Assembly: GCA_017504605.1 (NCBI GenBank) | Contig: JAFVQW010000001.1 | Location: 58,845-122,844 of the forward strand | Length of the DNA: 64,000 nucleotides | Reading direction: 5' to 3' | DNA from: Clostridia bacterium | GTDB taxonomy: Bacteria; Bacillota; Clostridia; Oscillospirales; CAG-272 | Shown: positions 29,480 to 38,953 of the stretch, piece after piece | Layout of the letters: each line of letters opens with the position of its first letter | Numbering within the stretch: position 1 is the first letter of the stretch | Notes under the pieces: model-generated | Told to the model about the DNA's origin: nothing | The model's database searches: none | Seen by the model: the letters and a program-made list of their open reading frames with translations, nothing else | Translations under genes and position numbers: made by a program

Positions 29480-30041
29480 TTTTACCTGCTTTTATCTGTG
29501 TTTTTGGGTGCTTTTGGCGCTATTCGTAATTTTTGCGAGCAAATTCGTCTCAAATTTGACATATTACATTTCAGAGCGCCCCGCGTTTTGTTCGCGGAAT
29601 ATTTTTTTCGTCCTCTCGTTTTCTTTCTTTTTCCCCATTCGGACATTTTTTCCTCTTAAGTTTTCCACATTTGAAATGTTAGAAATGTTGAAAACTTTTT
29701 GTCGAAAAAGGACGGCGGAATAAGGGTTTGGCGGGTGAACAAGCCCAATTTGACAAGTTTTCAACATTTTTTGTGTTGATAGTGTGGATTAGGCCGTCTG
29801 ATGTCAAAAGTTCCACTTTTCCGTTTTTTGAATGAAAAATTGCACTTTCACGAAATTCGGGCTTTTATTTCGAGTTTTTTCGACTTCATCACTTCTGCCC
29901 GAGGTTTTGTCCCTCTCGCGTTCGGTAAAATTACGAAGTTTTACCACAAAAAGCAATTTTTATTCATTTTGGTCGGAATTTTTAGGTTTTTTCGGATAAA
30001 GTCAAGCGCGACAAGGGAAAAGCCGCCCTCGGCGCTCGGAT
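29480..30041. repeat. AT-rich non-coding tract with five copies of an AAGTTTTC(C/A)ACATTT-type motif
   Basis: Copies at 29658-29672 (+, CCACA), 29683-29697 (inverted) and 29755-29769 (+); the last two are identical 15-mers. Degenerate copies at 29808-29820 and 29936-29948. AATTTGACA is repeated at 29553-29561 and 29747-29755. TGTGGATTA lies at 29783-29791. Confidence 0.7.
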
Positions 30042-32006
30042 TTACCGCTTTTTTCTCTTTGCGGGCGCCGATTTGGCGCGCGGCAGAGGAGCTCGGTGAG
30101 CCGTCCCCCGCTTCTTACCCGCCGCGGCACTGCCGCCACTCTTGCCTTTCGCGGTATTCTTTCTTTTTCCGTCCTTCCTATACTCGCCGTGTCCGTCCTT
30201 GCCAAAGGCCGCACGAACGAGACAGTCGGGAGAATTTCCTATCAGGTCCTCCCTGCCCGCGAGCTTAAGAGCCTCTCTTACAAGGTTTGCGTTCTCGGGG
30301 CGCGAGAACTGAAGCAGCGCACGCTGAAGCTGCTTCTCGCGGTAGTCGGTGGTGACGTATACCTCCTTGCCCGTCATCGGGTGGATGCCCGTATAATACA
30401 TTACCGTCGATATCGTGCCCGGGGTGGGATAGAAGTCCTGCACCTGCTCGGGCGAGTAGCCCCATTTCTTAAGCCAGAGTGCCATATCCACGGCATCCTT
30501 CATAGTCGTACCGGGGTGGCTCGACATAAGGTAGGGCACGAGGTACTGCTCGAGCCCCGCCTCGCGGCTGATTTCAAAGAAGCGGCGCTTGAAGGCCTCG
30601 AAGACCTCGATAGACGGCTTACCCATCATAGCGAGTGCGCCCGCCGAGCAGTGCTCCGGCGCAACCTTCAGCTGACCCGAGACGTGGTGTGTGACGAGCT
30701 GACGGAAGAAGTCCTCGTTCTCGTCAAGCATAAGATAATCAAATCTTACTCCCGAGCGCACGAATACGCGCTTTACGCGCGGAATTTTTTCTATCTCCGA
30801 GAGTATCTCGGCATACTCGGTGTGGTCAACGCGCAAATTCTTGCACGGGGTGGGTGCGAGGCACTTCTTAGACGGACATACTCCGTCCCGACACTGCTTC
30901 TCGCAGGCGGGCTCGCGGAAGTTCGCGGTAGGGCCGCCGACGTCGTTTATGTAGCCCTTGAAGTCGGGCAGCTCGCTTATCAGCCTCGCCTCGGCAAGAA
31001 CGCTCTCACGGCTGCGCGAGCGCACCTCGCGCCCCTGGTGGAAGGCGATAGCGCAGAAGTTACAGGCTCCAAAGCAGCCCCTGTTATGTGTAATTGAGAA
31101 TTTAACCTCGGTTATAGCAGGCACGCCGCCGAGCGGCTCGTAATCGGGGTGATAATCCCGCGCGTAGGGCAAGGAGTAAACGCGGTCGAGCTCCTCGCGC
31201 GTGAGCGGGGGCATAGGCGGATTTTGCACGAGCATCTTGTCGCCGTAGTACTCGATTATCGCCCGTCCTCTTACCGAGTCGGTATTCTTATACTGCACCG
31301 CAAAGGCGCGGGCATATGCCCGCTTGTCACTCTTAAGCTCGTCGAAGTCGCCGTTCTCTATAGCCTCGAAGTGAACGGCCTCACCGCGCCTCGCAAGCCA
31401 TACCGTGCCGCGCACGTCGCGTATCTTTTTAATCGGCACGCCGCGGTCGAGAAGGCGTGCGATGCGCACGAGAATATTCTCGCCCATTCCGTAGGCGAGA
31501 AGGTCGGCGCGGGAGTCAACGAGTATGCTCCTACGCACCCTGTCCTCCCAATAGTCGTAGTGGGCAAAGCGGCGAAGCGAGGCCTCAAGCCCGCCGATTA
31601 CGATAGGCACGTCGCCGTAGGCCTCTCTTATTCTGTTACAGTAAACTATAACCGCGCGGTCGGGTCTGTTACCCATTTTACCGCCAGGGGAATAGTAGTC
31701 GTAGGAGCGGCGCTTCTTCGACACCGTGTAGTGCGCAACCATAGAATCAATATTACCCGAGCTTACAAGAAAGCCGAGGCGCGGACGCCCAAAGCGGCGA
31801 AATGCCTCGGCACTCTTATAATCGGGCTGAGAGAGAATGGCAACGCGGAACCCCTCGGCCTCAAGCACGCGGGATATTATCGAAACGCCAAAGGACGGGT
31901 GGTCCACGTAGGCATCACCCGTCACGTATACGAAATCAACCTCTGCCCAGCCCCTCGCTCTTACGTCGGCGGGTGTCAGGGGCAAAAAGTCCTCTCTCTG
32001 TCGCAT
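30042..32006 (-). CDS. ygiQ: YgiQ-family radical SAM protein (UPF0313)
   Basis: Start trimmed to ATG 32006 (MRQREDFLPLT...) to remove the overlap with hisS. Radical-SAM cluster CFGACNFC and a Lys/Arg-rich C-terminal tail. Confidence 0.87.
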   Translation of the reverse strand: MRQREDFLPLTPADVRARGWAEVDFVYVTGDAYVDHPSFGVSIISRVLEAEGFRVAILSQPDYKSAEAFRRFGRPRLGFLVSSGNIDSMVAHYTVSKKRRSYDYYSPGGKMGNRPDRAVIVYCNRIREAYGDVPIVIGGLEASLRRFAHYDYWEDRVRRSILVDSRADLLAYGMGENILVRIARLLDRGVPIKKIRDVRGTVWLARRGEAVHFEAIENGDFDELKSDKRAYARAFAVQYKNTDSVRGRAIIEYYGDKMLVQNPPMPPLTREELDRVYSLPYARDYHPDYEPLGGVPAITEVKFSITHNRGCFGACNFCAIAFHQGREVRSRSRESVLAEARLISELPDFKGYINDVGGPTANFREPACEKQCRDGVCPSKKCLAPTPCKNLRVDHTEYAEILSEIEKIPRVKRVFVRSGVRFDYLMLDENEDFFRQLVTHHVSGQLKVAPEHCSAGALAMMGKPSIEVFEAFKRRFFEISREAGLEQYLVPYLMSSHPGTTMKDAVDMALWLKKWGYSPEQVQDFYPTPGTISTVMYYTGIHPMTGKEVYVTTDYREKQLQRALLQFSRPENANLVREALKLAGREDLIGNSPDCLVRAAFGKDGHGEYRKDGKRKNTAKGKSGGSAAAGKKRGTAHRAPLPRAKSAPAKRKKR

Positions 32007-32019
32007 AAAAACTCCTATA

Positions 32020-33261
32020 TCAAAGCGTGAGGTCGGAAAGCGAGACCTCGGTCTGCGTGCCGTCCTGCATATTGCGAAGCTGTGCAAGGCCCGCATCGAG
32101 CTCGCTCTCGCCTACGATAAGCGTATATTTTGCACCTATCTTGTTGGCGTATTTCATCTGTGCCTTAAGGCTCCTGCCAACCGTGTCACATTCCACGTAC
32201 TTGCCCGCGCGGCGAAGTCGCTCCGCGGCACCGAGTGCGTATATGGCGGCACGCTCGCCAAGAGGAGCAATATAGAGCTCGGGGGTGTTGCGCCCGAGGT
32301 CGGCAAGCCCGGCCTCACGCATAGCGAGTATAACCCTCGTTATACCCATACCGAAGCCGATGCCCGAGAGCGCCGGGCCGCCGAGAGACTCGACGAGGCC
32401 GTCGTATCTGCCGCCGCCGCATACCGTGGACTGTGCCCCGATGCCCTCGGCGATAAACTCGAACACCGCACCCGTGTAGTAATCAAGACCGCGCACAATG
32501 CGCGAGTCAATCTCGTATTCTATGCCCATCTCGTCAAGAGCCGAGAGAAGCAGCTTAAACTTATCCGAGCACGCGGTGCAAAGGTGGTTAACCGTGCGCG
32601 GCGCCTTGTCGGCAATAGCCGAGCAAATGGGGCTCTTGCAGTCAAGAAGCCTCAGCGGGTTCTTGACAAGTCGGGTGCGGCAGGTATCGCAAAGCTCCTC
32701 CCTGTGCCCCTCGAAGTAGTTAACGAGCGCCTCGCGGTATGCGGGACGGCAGTCATTACAGCCTATCGAATTAATATGCAGCCTCACGTTGGTAAGCCCG
32801 AGGCGGCGAAGCACCGATGCGGCAAGCGCGATTGCGGTAGCATCGGCGGCGGGGCTGTCCGAGCCGAAGGCCTCGGTGCCGAACTGGAAGAACTCGCGGC
32901 TGCGGCCCGCCTGAGGCTTCTCGTGGCGGAAGCAGGAAATGATGTAGTAATATTTGAGCGGCATCGGGTCGGAGTATTTTCCGTTCTCGATAATCGCGCG
33001 CACGACGGAGGCCGTGCCCTCGGGACGAAGCGAAATGGAGCGGTCCTCGTCTCTGTCGACGAAGGTGTACATCTCCTTCTGCACGACGTCGGTCGTGTCG
33101 CCCACACCGCGCACGAAAAGCTCGGTGTTCTCAAAGGTGGGCGTGCGGATTTCGCCGTAGCCGTACTTCTCCGCCTCCTCACGCATTATTCCCTCTATGT
33201 GTCTGAACAGTGCCGCCTCGTCGGGCAGAATGTCCATAGTTCCCTTAATCTTCTGTATCAC
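32020..33261 (-). CDS. hisS: histidine--tRNA ligase
   Basis: 413 aa. Begins MIQKIKGTMDILP, with class II motifs (YYISCFRHEKPQAGRSREFFQFG, GGGRYDGL). Confidence 0.95.
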   Translation of the reverse strand: MIQKIKGTMDILPDEAALFRHIEGIMREEAEKYGYGEIRTPTFENTELFVRGVGDTTDVVQKEMYTFVDRDEDRSISLRPEGTASVVRAIIENGKYSDPMPLKYYYIISCFRHEKPQAGRSREFFQFGTEAFGSDSPAADATAIALAASVLRRLGLTNVRLHINSIGCNDCRPAYREALVNYFEGHREELCDTCRTRLVKNPLRLLDCKSPICSAIADKAPRTVNHLCTACSDKFKLLLSALDEMGIEYEIDSRIVRGLDYYTGAVFEFIAEGIGAQSTVCGGGRYDGLVESLGGPALSGIGFGMGITRVILAMREAGLADLGRNTPELYIAPLGERAAIYALGAAERLRRAGKYVECDTVGRSLKAQMKYANKIGAKYTLIVGESELDAGLAQLRNMQDGTQTEVSLSDLTL

Positions 33262-33652
33262 CGTTAAAGTCCTCCTTATGTGCTATATCCAAAAGCTCGC
33301 CGAGGCGTTCCTCGTCGCCGAGCCAAAAAAGCATTCCCACGACGGCCTCGAAGCCCGTCGCAGTGCGGTAGTCCGCGCCCGAGGCGTGCTTAGGCCGATT
33401 GAGATGCTGTGAGTTATACGCGCGCCTGAAAACCTCGCGCTCGTCCTCGAGCAAGAGGTCGGAAATTCTCTCGTACATTCTGGCCTGTCTCTGTGCCGTC
33501 ACGTATTCGAGCGCCGCGAGGTTCAAATCCTTCGAGCGCGTGAGCCCGCGCGCGACGAGCATTCGCCTTACGTACAGCGAGTGCCGTGCATCGCCGAGAT
33601 AGGCAAGAGCCATAACCGACGGCAGTGCCGCTCCGTTTATTTTTTCGTGCAT
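33245..33652 (-). CDS. mrnC: mini-ribonuclease III
   Basis: Start trimmed to ATG 33652 (MHEKING...). RNase III-like signature ALAYLGDARHSLYVR. 17-nt overlap with the hisS start. Confidence 0.85.
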   Translation of the reverse strand: MHEKINGAALPSVMALAYLGDARHSLYVRRMLVARGLTRSKDLNLAALEYVTAQRQARMYERISDLLLEDEREVFRRAYNSQHLNRPKHASGADYRTATGFEAVVGMLFWLGDEERLGELLDIAHKEDFNGDTED

Positions 33653-33662
33653 TCGCCGCTCC

Positions 33663-34688
33663 TTAATATCCGTATTTCTTGTGAATTTTCCTGATTTCTT
33701 CGTCAATCTCGGCTATACGAACGTCAATTTCAGCCTTCTTTTCCTCGGCAAACGGCAGGAAGTGGTAATAGGTTTCAATATACTCGGTGCGGAAGGCCCT
33801 CGCATCCTCGGGAGTCATAATTTTGATAACCCCGAGGCCGACACCCTCGGCAAGACGGCGCGCCATAGCGTTAACGCTCGCCGTATGCTCCTTCCTCGTC
33901 GGAATAAACCTGTCGTGCTGGAGCCTGTCCTCGCCGATGCCTACGGTGTACATATAGTATCCGCCGGTATTCGTTACTCCGTTAAGCATACTGCTCGCAT
34001 TTCCCGTATCGTTCCAGCCTATCATACCGGGATGCCACACTCCCTCTCCCGCGGTCGTCTCTACGTAGGGAAGTCCGCCGGCGCCTCTGTGAGCCGCAAC
34101 GGTTATACCGAAGCCAAGCAGTACCGTATCAAGCGAGAGGTCGTACACATTATCGAAGAGTATAGTTCTCGGAAATTCGATGCCGAGCCCGTCGAGCAGC
34201 TCTCTCATCTCACCGAGCCAAAGATAAAGCTCGACGGCGAGAAGCTCGGTGTCCTCGGTCTTGCTCTCAAAAAGAAGCGCGGTATCCCAGCCGAGCGAGG
34301 CTATCTCGCGGTATCTCTCAAGGCTTATCTTTCCCTCAAGCCCCGGAAGCTCGTTCTTCGAAAGGCAGAGCGTGCCCGGCAGCTCTCTCGAGTTAAACGC
34401 CTGAAAGAAGGTCTCGAGAAAGAGCTCGTCTAAGTCAAGAAGCGTAACGCCGACGGCGGCCGAGCAGCCGAGGCTCTCAATCAGCCGTCTGTCAATATCA
34501 TTCTTTTCAATCACCAGGGAAGCCTTCTCCGCGCGAAGCGGGTAGAGCTCGGTCTCAAGCTTTACGGCAAACGCCTTATCGCTTGCCTCCTTCTCCCTGA
34601 TTTTTACGACGAATACGCAAAGAAAGGCGGCAATCAGAAGGATTGCTGCCCATACAGTTATCAGCGCTATCAGTTTTTTTCGGCTCAT
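33663..34688 (-). CDS. membrane-anchored extracytoplasmic protein, unknown function
   Basis: 341 aa with an N-terminal TM helix (LIALITVWAAILLIAAFLCVFVV) followed by a coiled-coil segment. No confident family motif was seen. Confidence 0.55.
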   Translation of the reverse strand: MSRKKLIALITVWAAILLIAAFLCVFVVKIREKEASDKAFAVKLETELYPLRAEKASLVIEKNDIDRRLIESLGCSAAVGVTLLDLDELFLETFFQAFNSRELPGTLCLSKNELPGLEGKISLERYREIASLGWDTALLFESKTEDTELLAVELYLWLGEMRELLDGLGIEFPRTILFDNVYDLSLDTVLLGFGITVAAHRGAGGLPYVETTAGEGVWHPGMIGWNDTGNASSMLNGVTNTGGYYMYTVGIGEDRLQHDRFIPTRKEHTASVNAMARRLAEGVGLGVIKIMTPEDARAFRTEYIETYYHFLPFAEEKKAEIDVRIAEIDEEIRKIHKKYGY

Positions 34689-34832
34689 ATCATACCGCCT
34701 GCATTAGTGTTGTGTAATCTGTACCCAAGACATTGCGTAATTATTTATCTATTTTATTATAAAATATTTTCTTCCCTTTGTCAAGGCGTTTCGCACAGCT
34801 TCAAAAGAGTTGTGAGTTTTTTTATTAAATAC

Positions 34833-34861
34833 TTGAAATTGCCTTTAATTGATGATATAAT
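34833..34861 (+). promoter_or_regulatory. sigma-70 promoter for the yggS-sepF-yggT-lspA-rluD block
   Basis: TTGAAA (34833-34838), a 17-nt spacer, then TATAAT (34856-34861). Confidence 0.6.
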
Positions 34862-34900
34862 TAAAAGGACAGCATAGCCGAAAAGAGGACGGAGGAAAAA

Positions 34901-35602
34901 ATGGAAGGCTTTGACTATATAAAGACAAATCTCCGTCAATTGAAGGAGGAGATCAGCGAGCTTGCCGTAAGGCACGGAGAAGAGGTTACCCTCGTCGCCG
35001 TGACTAAGAGCGGCACCGACGAGGAGCTTCTCGCTCTCGCCTCGCTCGGCATCACCGACATAGGAGAGAACAGACCGCAAGAGCTTCGGCGCCGCGGCGA
35101 GCTGCTCGCTCTTTCGGGGCTTACGCCGAACCTTCACGAAATCGGAAATCTTCAAAAGAACAAGGTTAGACTGATAATCGACAGGGTGTCGCTTATACAC
35201 TCGCTCGACAGTCTGTCCTTAGCCGAGGAGATAGACCGACGCGCAAAAGGCGCGAACCGCTGCGTTCCCGTGCTCATCGAAATCAACAGTGCCGCCGAGG
35301 CGAACAAGGGCGGTATTCTGCCGAGCGAGGCAGAGGGCTTCCTGAAGGAGCTTCGCCGCTTTAGCGGAATTTCGGTGAGAGGTCTTATGACGATGGGACC
35401 CGTGTGCGATAATCCCGAGGATATACGCCCGTATTTCAGGCTGACCGCGGGGCTTTACAAGGAATTAAAATCAAAATACGGCTTTGCGGGGCCGGGCGTG
35501 CTCTCTATGGGTATGAGCGACAGCTACCGTGTCGCGATAGAGGAGGGCTCGACGCTCGTTCGCGTGGGTCGAAGACTGTTTGAAAAAGGAAAGGAGAAAT
35601 AA
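34901..35602 (+). CDS. yggS: PLP-homeostasis protein YggS/YlmE
   Basis: 233 aa with VTLVAVTKS (PLP lysine) and LSMGMSDSY motifs. Confidence 0.9.
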   Translation: MEGFDYIKTNLRQLKEEISELAVRHGEEVTLVAVTKSGTDEELLALASLGITDIGENRPQELRRRGELLALSGLTPNLHEIGNLQKNKVRLIIDRVSLIHSLDSLSLAEEIDRRAKGANRCVPVLIEINSAAEANKGGILPSEAEGFLKELRRFSGISVRGLMTMGPVCDNPEDIRPYFRLTAGLYKELKSKYGFAGPGVLSMGMSDSYRVAIEEGSTLVRVGRRLFEKGKEK

Positions 35603-35605
35603 AAA

Positions 35606-35995
35606 ATGTTCGAGAAGCTGACTAAAAAATTCAGAGGTGCCGAGGACACTGAGGATATTACCTTCAAGCCCTGGGGCGCGGATATAAAGGAGGAGGCAGA
35701 GGCTCCCGCAGAGCCGAAGGAGACAGAGGCTCCGAGGGAGGAGACTAAGTCCTCGGGCGTTGAGCTTAAGGTTATGCGCCCCGAGTCCTACGACGAGGTC
35801 GGCAGCGTTGCAGACAACCTTCTTGACGGCTGCACCGTCGTTCTCAACGTTGAGGCGCTCGACCGCACCGCCATTCTCCGTATGCTTGACTTCCTCAACG
35901 GAGTTACCTATTGCAGCGACGGCGAGATAAAGAAGGTTGCACAGAACACCTTCATAATCACCCCTCACAGCCGTGTAGACATCTCCGATATGTAA
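35606..35995 (+). CDS. sepF: cell-division protein SepF
   Basis: 129 aa with a conserved C-terminal domain (VLNVEALDRTAILRMLDFLNGVTYCSDGEIKKVAQNTFIITP). Confidence 0.88.
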   Translation: MFEKLTKKFRGAEDTEDITFKPWGADIKEEAEAPAEPKETEAPREETKSSGVELKVMRPESYDEVGSVADNLLDGCTVVLNVEALDRTAILRMLDFLNGVTYCSDGEIKKVAQNTFIITPHSRVDISDM

Positions 35996-36107
35996 TACCG
36001 CCCGTCAGACACGGGCAAAAAGCGAAACGGTGAGAAAGGACTTCCCCTCACCGTTCGTCTTTACTTAGAGGTGTTTTAAAAAAATCACTACCGAAAAGAG
36101 AATTACC

Positions 36108-36380
36108 GTGTTTATTCTTTACCTTTTGGCAAAGCTCGTCGAGATTACGCTGTCGCTCGTCTCGCTGACGATGATTTTGCGTATGCTCCTGCCGCTGTTC
36201 GGTATGGACGAGGACAATAAATTTTATATTCTCTGCTGCTTCGTTTCCGAGCCCTTCGTGGTTCCCTTCAGATTTATTCTCGCGAAGCTGAATATCGGGC
36301 AGGACTCCCCGCTCGACTTTTCCTTTATGCTCGCATATCTCGTTATTTGCTTAGTACGACTGTTTCTACCCGTAATTTAA
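36108..36380 (+). CDS. YggT/YlmG-family membrane protein
   Basis: 90 aa starting at GTG, with two hydrophobic helices. Sits in the expected position after sepF. Confidence 0.72.
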   Translation: MFILYLLAKLVEITLSLVSLTMILRMLLPLFGMDEDNKFYILCCFVSEPFVVPFRFILAKLNIGQDSPLDFSFMLAYLVICLVRLFLPVI

Positions 36381-36393
36381 ACCGAGGAGCAAA

Positions 36394-36903
36394 ATGAAAA
36401 TCAAGGATTTGTATAAAAAGAGGCGTCCCGCCGAGCTTGTCCTCTATACCGCCATTATCGTTATCGGTATAGTGCTCGACCAGCTGACGAAGCTGCTCGC
36501 CGTGAAGTATTTAGCCCCCGTGGGCTCGGTACCGCTCTGGCAGGACGTGCTTCATCTTACCTACGTTGAAAATCCCGGCGCCGCGTTCGGTATGCTTGCC
36601 GGCGCGCCCTGGGTATTTAATACCATTTCTATAATTGCCACCGTGGCAATTTCCCTTTATCTTTATCTCGGTCACGCCGAGAGCCCGCTTTACGCCGTGG
36701 CGCTCTCGATGATCGTCTCGGGCGGCATCGGCAACCTTATCGACCGCCTCTCGCTCGGCTATGTGGTCGACTTTATCGACTTTACTCTTATCGATTTCGC
36801 CGTGTTCAACGGCGCCGACTCCTTCGTCTGTGTCGGCGCGGGGCTTCTCATTCTCGCCCTCGTGCTCGATATAATAAAGGAGTGGAAGGCGGGTAAAAAA
36901 TGA
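36394..36903 (+). CDS. lspA: lipoprotein signal peptidase II
   Basis: 169 aa with motifs ENPGAAFG, GNLIDR, VVDFIDF and FNGADS. Confidence 0.92.
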   Translation: MKIKDLYKKRRPAELVLYTAIIVIGIVLDQLTKLLAVKYLAPVGSVPLWQDVLHLTYVENPGAAFGMLAGAPWVFNTISIIATVAISLYLYLGHAESPLYAVALSMIVSGGIGNLIDRLSLGYVVDFIDFTLIDFAVFNGADSFVCVGAGLLILALVLDIIKEWKAGKK

Positions 36904-37835
36904 CCTTTACCGCAGATGCCGCCGCCGTTGGCGTGCGGCTCGACAGCTATATTGCCTCGCTCACCGAGCTGTCGCGCAGTGCCGCGGCGAGACTTATCGA
37001 GAGCGGCGACGTGCTCGTATCGGGCAGGGTCGAGAGCAAGAAATATCTTATAAAAGAGGGCGACCGTGTCGAGATTACGCTCCCCGAGGCGGAGGAGTAC
37101 GAGGCGGAGCCCGAGAACATTCCCCTCTCGGTTATATACGAGGACGGGGATATTATAGTAATCAACAAGCCGAAGGGTATGGTCGTGCACCCCGCTCCCG
37201 GAAACTACAGCGGAACGCTCGTCAACGCCCTTCTCTACCACTGCCGCGGCTCGCTCTCGGGCATCGGCGGCGTTATGCGCCCCGGCATCGTACACAGAAT
37301 TGATAAGGACACCTCGGGCCTTCTCGTCGTTGCGAAGAACGATATGGCGCACAGGGCTCTATCTTCGGAGCTCTCCCACCACGGTATAGTTCGCGAATAT
37401 CACGCCTTGGCCCTCGGCGGCTTCTCTTGCGACGGCGGGACAATATCACTCCCGATAGGCAGGCACCCGAAGGACCGTAAGCGTATGGCGGTGCACCCCG
37501 CGGGCTCGCCCACGGCAAAGGAGGCAATAACGCACTACGAGGTCGCAGAGCGCCTCCCCGGTGTCACCTACCTGAGGCTTCGGCTCGAGACCGGCAGAAC
37601 CCACCAGATAAGAGTGCATATGTCGCACCTCGGCCACCCGCTTCTCTTCGACGAGGTATACGGCGGGGGCAAGACGCAGTTTGAAAAGCGACACGCGAGG
37701 CGCTTCTTTGGCCAGACGCTCCACGCGGCAAGGCTCTCTCTTACGCACCCGAGAACGCAGGAGCGTATGGAATTCGAGTGTCCTCTGCCCGAATATTTTA
37801 CCGAGCTGTTAGAGCTTCTAAGACAAAAAAATTAG
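36900..37835 (+). CDS. rluD: 23S rRNA pseudouridine synthase, RluD family
   Basis: 311 aa. S4 domain (RLDSYIA) and catalytic HRIDKDTSGLLVVAKN. ATGA overlap with lspA. Confidence 0.92.
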   Translation: MTFTADAAAVGVRLDSYIASLTELSRSAAARLIESGDVLVSGRVESKKYLIKEGDRVEITLPEAEEYEAEPENIPLSVIYEDGDIIVINKPKGMVVHPAPGNYSGTLVNALLYHCRGSLSGIGGVMRPGIVHRIDKDTSGLLVVAKNDMAHRALSSELSHHGIVREYHALALGGFSCDGGTISLPIGRHPKDRKRMAVHPAGSPTAKEAITHYEVAERLPGVTYLRLRLETGRTHQIRVHMSHLGHPLLFDEVYGGGKTQFEKRHARRFFGQTLHAARLSLTHPRTQERMEFECPLPEYFTELLELLRQKN

Positions 37836-37865
37836 GGACTGCTTCATTTGAGGCATACCCCAAAA

Positions 37866-37911
37866 AGAGCGAAGATTCCGTAAAAACACGGTTTCTTCGC
37901 TCTGTTTTTTT
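37866..37911 (+). terminator. intrinsic terminator after rluD
   Basis: Stem AGAGCGAAGA (37866-37875) pairs with TCTTCGCTCT (37894-37903), followed by GTTTTTTT. Confidence 0.8.
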
Positions 37912-38059
37912 GCCTTGTGATTTTTTAAGGTTGAAATTCTACGAATTTCTCCTTTTTTATGCTCTTTTTGTATCGCCGTTTCCTCGCTCGATGTACCCTC
38001 GTACACCTCACGCTCGGAGAACGACGATTTCTGCTCTAAATCAAGCAGCCCCTGTTGTT

Positions 38060-38953
38060 TTATAATACCTTTGATAAGAATTCACGAAGGCGGGCATTCT
38101 TCGGACTGCCGAAGACCTCGTCGGGTCTGCCCTCCTCGGCGATTTTTCCGCCGTCGACGAAGATAATTCTGTCGGCGACCTCGCGGGCAAAGCCCATCTC
38201 GTGAGTGACTATAACCATCGTCATACCGTCCCCCGCGAGCGACTTCATAAGGTCAAGCACCTCGCCGACCATCTCGGGGTCGAGAGCCGAGGTGGGCTCG
38301 TCGAAAAGGAGCACGTCGGGGTCCATCGCGAGGGCGCGGATTATCGCAACACGCTGCTTCTGTCCTCCCGAGAGCTTCGAGGGGTACTCGTCGCGCTTGT
38401 CCTCAAGGCCTATGCGGCGCAGAAGCTCGAGCGCGCGTGCCTCGGCCTCGGCCCGTGTCTTAAGCCCGAGCTGTACCGGCACGAGAGTAAGGTTCTCTAT
38501 AACCGTCTTATTGTTAAACAGGTTGAAATGCTGGAATACCATTCCCATTTTACGCCGCGCGAGATTGATGTCAATCGCATTCTGCTCTGCAAGGCGGCGG
38601 TATTCACGCCTGTACTCCCCGCCCTCGAAGCGGCCGAGAAGGCGACCGTCCGTAATCTCACTGATTACAGTCTTATCGGAGCCGCCCGCCGCTATCCTTT
38701 TCTTATAGGTAGCCGAGAGGCGTATAAGCTCGGGGTGAAGGTAGGGGTCGAGCCCCGAGAGAAGCGAGCCGTTAACCCAAATCTCGCCACGGGTAGGCAC
38801 CTCGAGCAGATTAAGACAGCGTAAGAGCGTGCTCTTACCGCTTCCCGACGGGCCTATTATGGCGACACGCTCGCCGTCCTTTATATCACAGGAAATGCCG
38901 TTCAAAACCGACAGCTTTCCAAAGCTCTTATATATATTCTTAACGCTTATCAC
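38060..38953 (-). CDS. polar amino-acid ABC transporter ATP-binding protein with a ~55-aa insertion
   Basis: 297 aa. Walker [11 protein letters not shown]-loop MVFQHFNLF, signature LSGGQKQR and Walker [12 protein letters not shown]. An extra segment (~residues 66-125) lies between the Walker A region and the Q-loop. Confidence 0.9.
   Translation of the reverse strand: MISVKNIYKSFGKLSVLNGISCDIKDGERVAIIGPSGSGKSTLLRCLNLLEVPTRGEIWVNGSLLSGLDPYLHPELIRLSATYKKRIAAGGSDKTVISEITDGRLLGRFEGGEYRREYRRLAEQNAIDINLARRKMGMVFQHFNLFNNKTVIENLTLVPVQLGLKTRAEAEARALELLRRIGLEDKRDEYPSKLSGGQKQRVAIIRALAMDPDVLLFDEPTSALDPEMVGEVLDLMKSLAGDGMTMVIVTHEMGFAREVADRIIFVDGGKIAEEGRPDEVFGSPKNARLREFLSKVL

Noticed and set aside
29480-30041. 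The chromosomal origin (oriC), or a dif/terminus site.
   Set aside because: - No dnaA or dnaN is nearby, and the genes on both sides (pcrA, ygiQ) share one orientation, so there is no divergence or convergence of gene direction.
- Only two boxes lie within one mismatch of TTATCCACA.
- The best dif-like match (ATATGTCAAAT against the XerD arm TTATGTTAAAT) has a very poor partner arm.
29564-30268. ORFs 29564-29767 (-) and 29801-30268 (+) as small protein genes.
   Set aside because: They are AT-rich and low-complexity (Phe/Lys/Asn runs created by the repeated motif). They have no RBS, their codon usage is unlike the rest of the genome, and the second overlaps the ygiQ 3' end.
35996-36107. Two hairpins between sepF and yggT as a regulatory RNA.
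   Set aside because: The stems are short (GCCCGT/ACGGGC and AACGGTGAG/CTCACCGTT), have no U-tracts and contain no recognisable riboswitch motifs. They are more likely simple mRNA-stabilising or weak attenuating structures.
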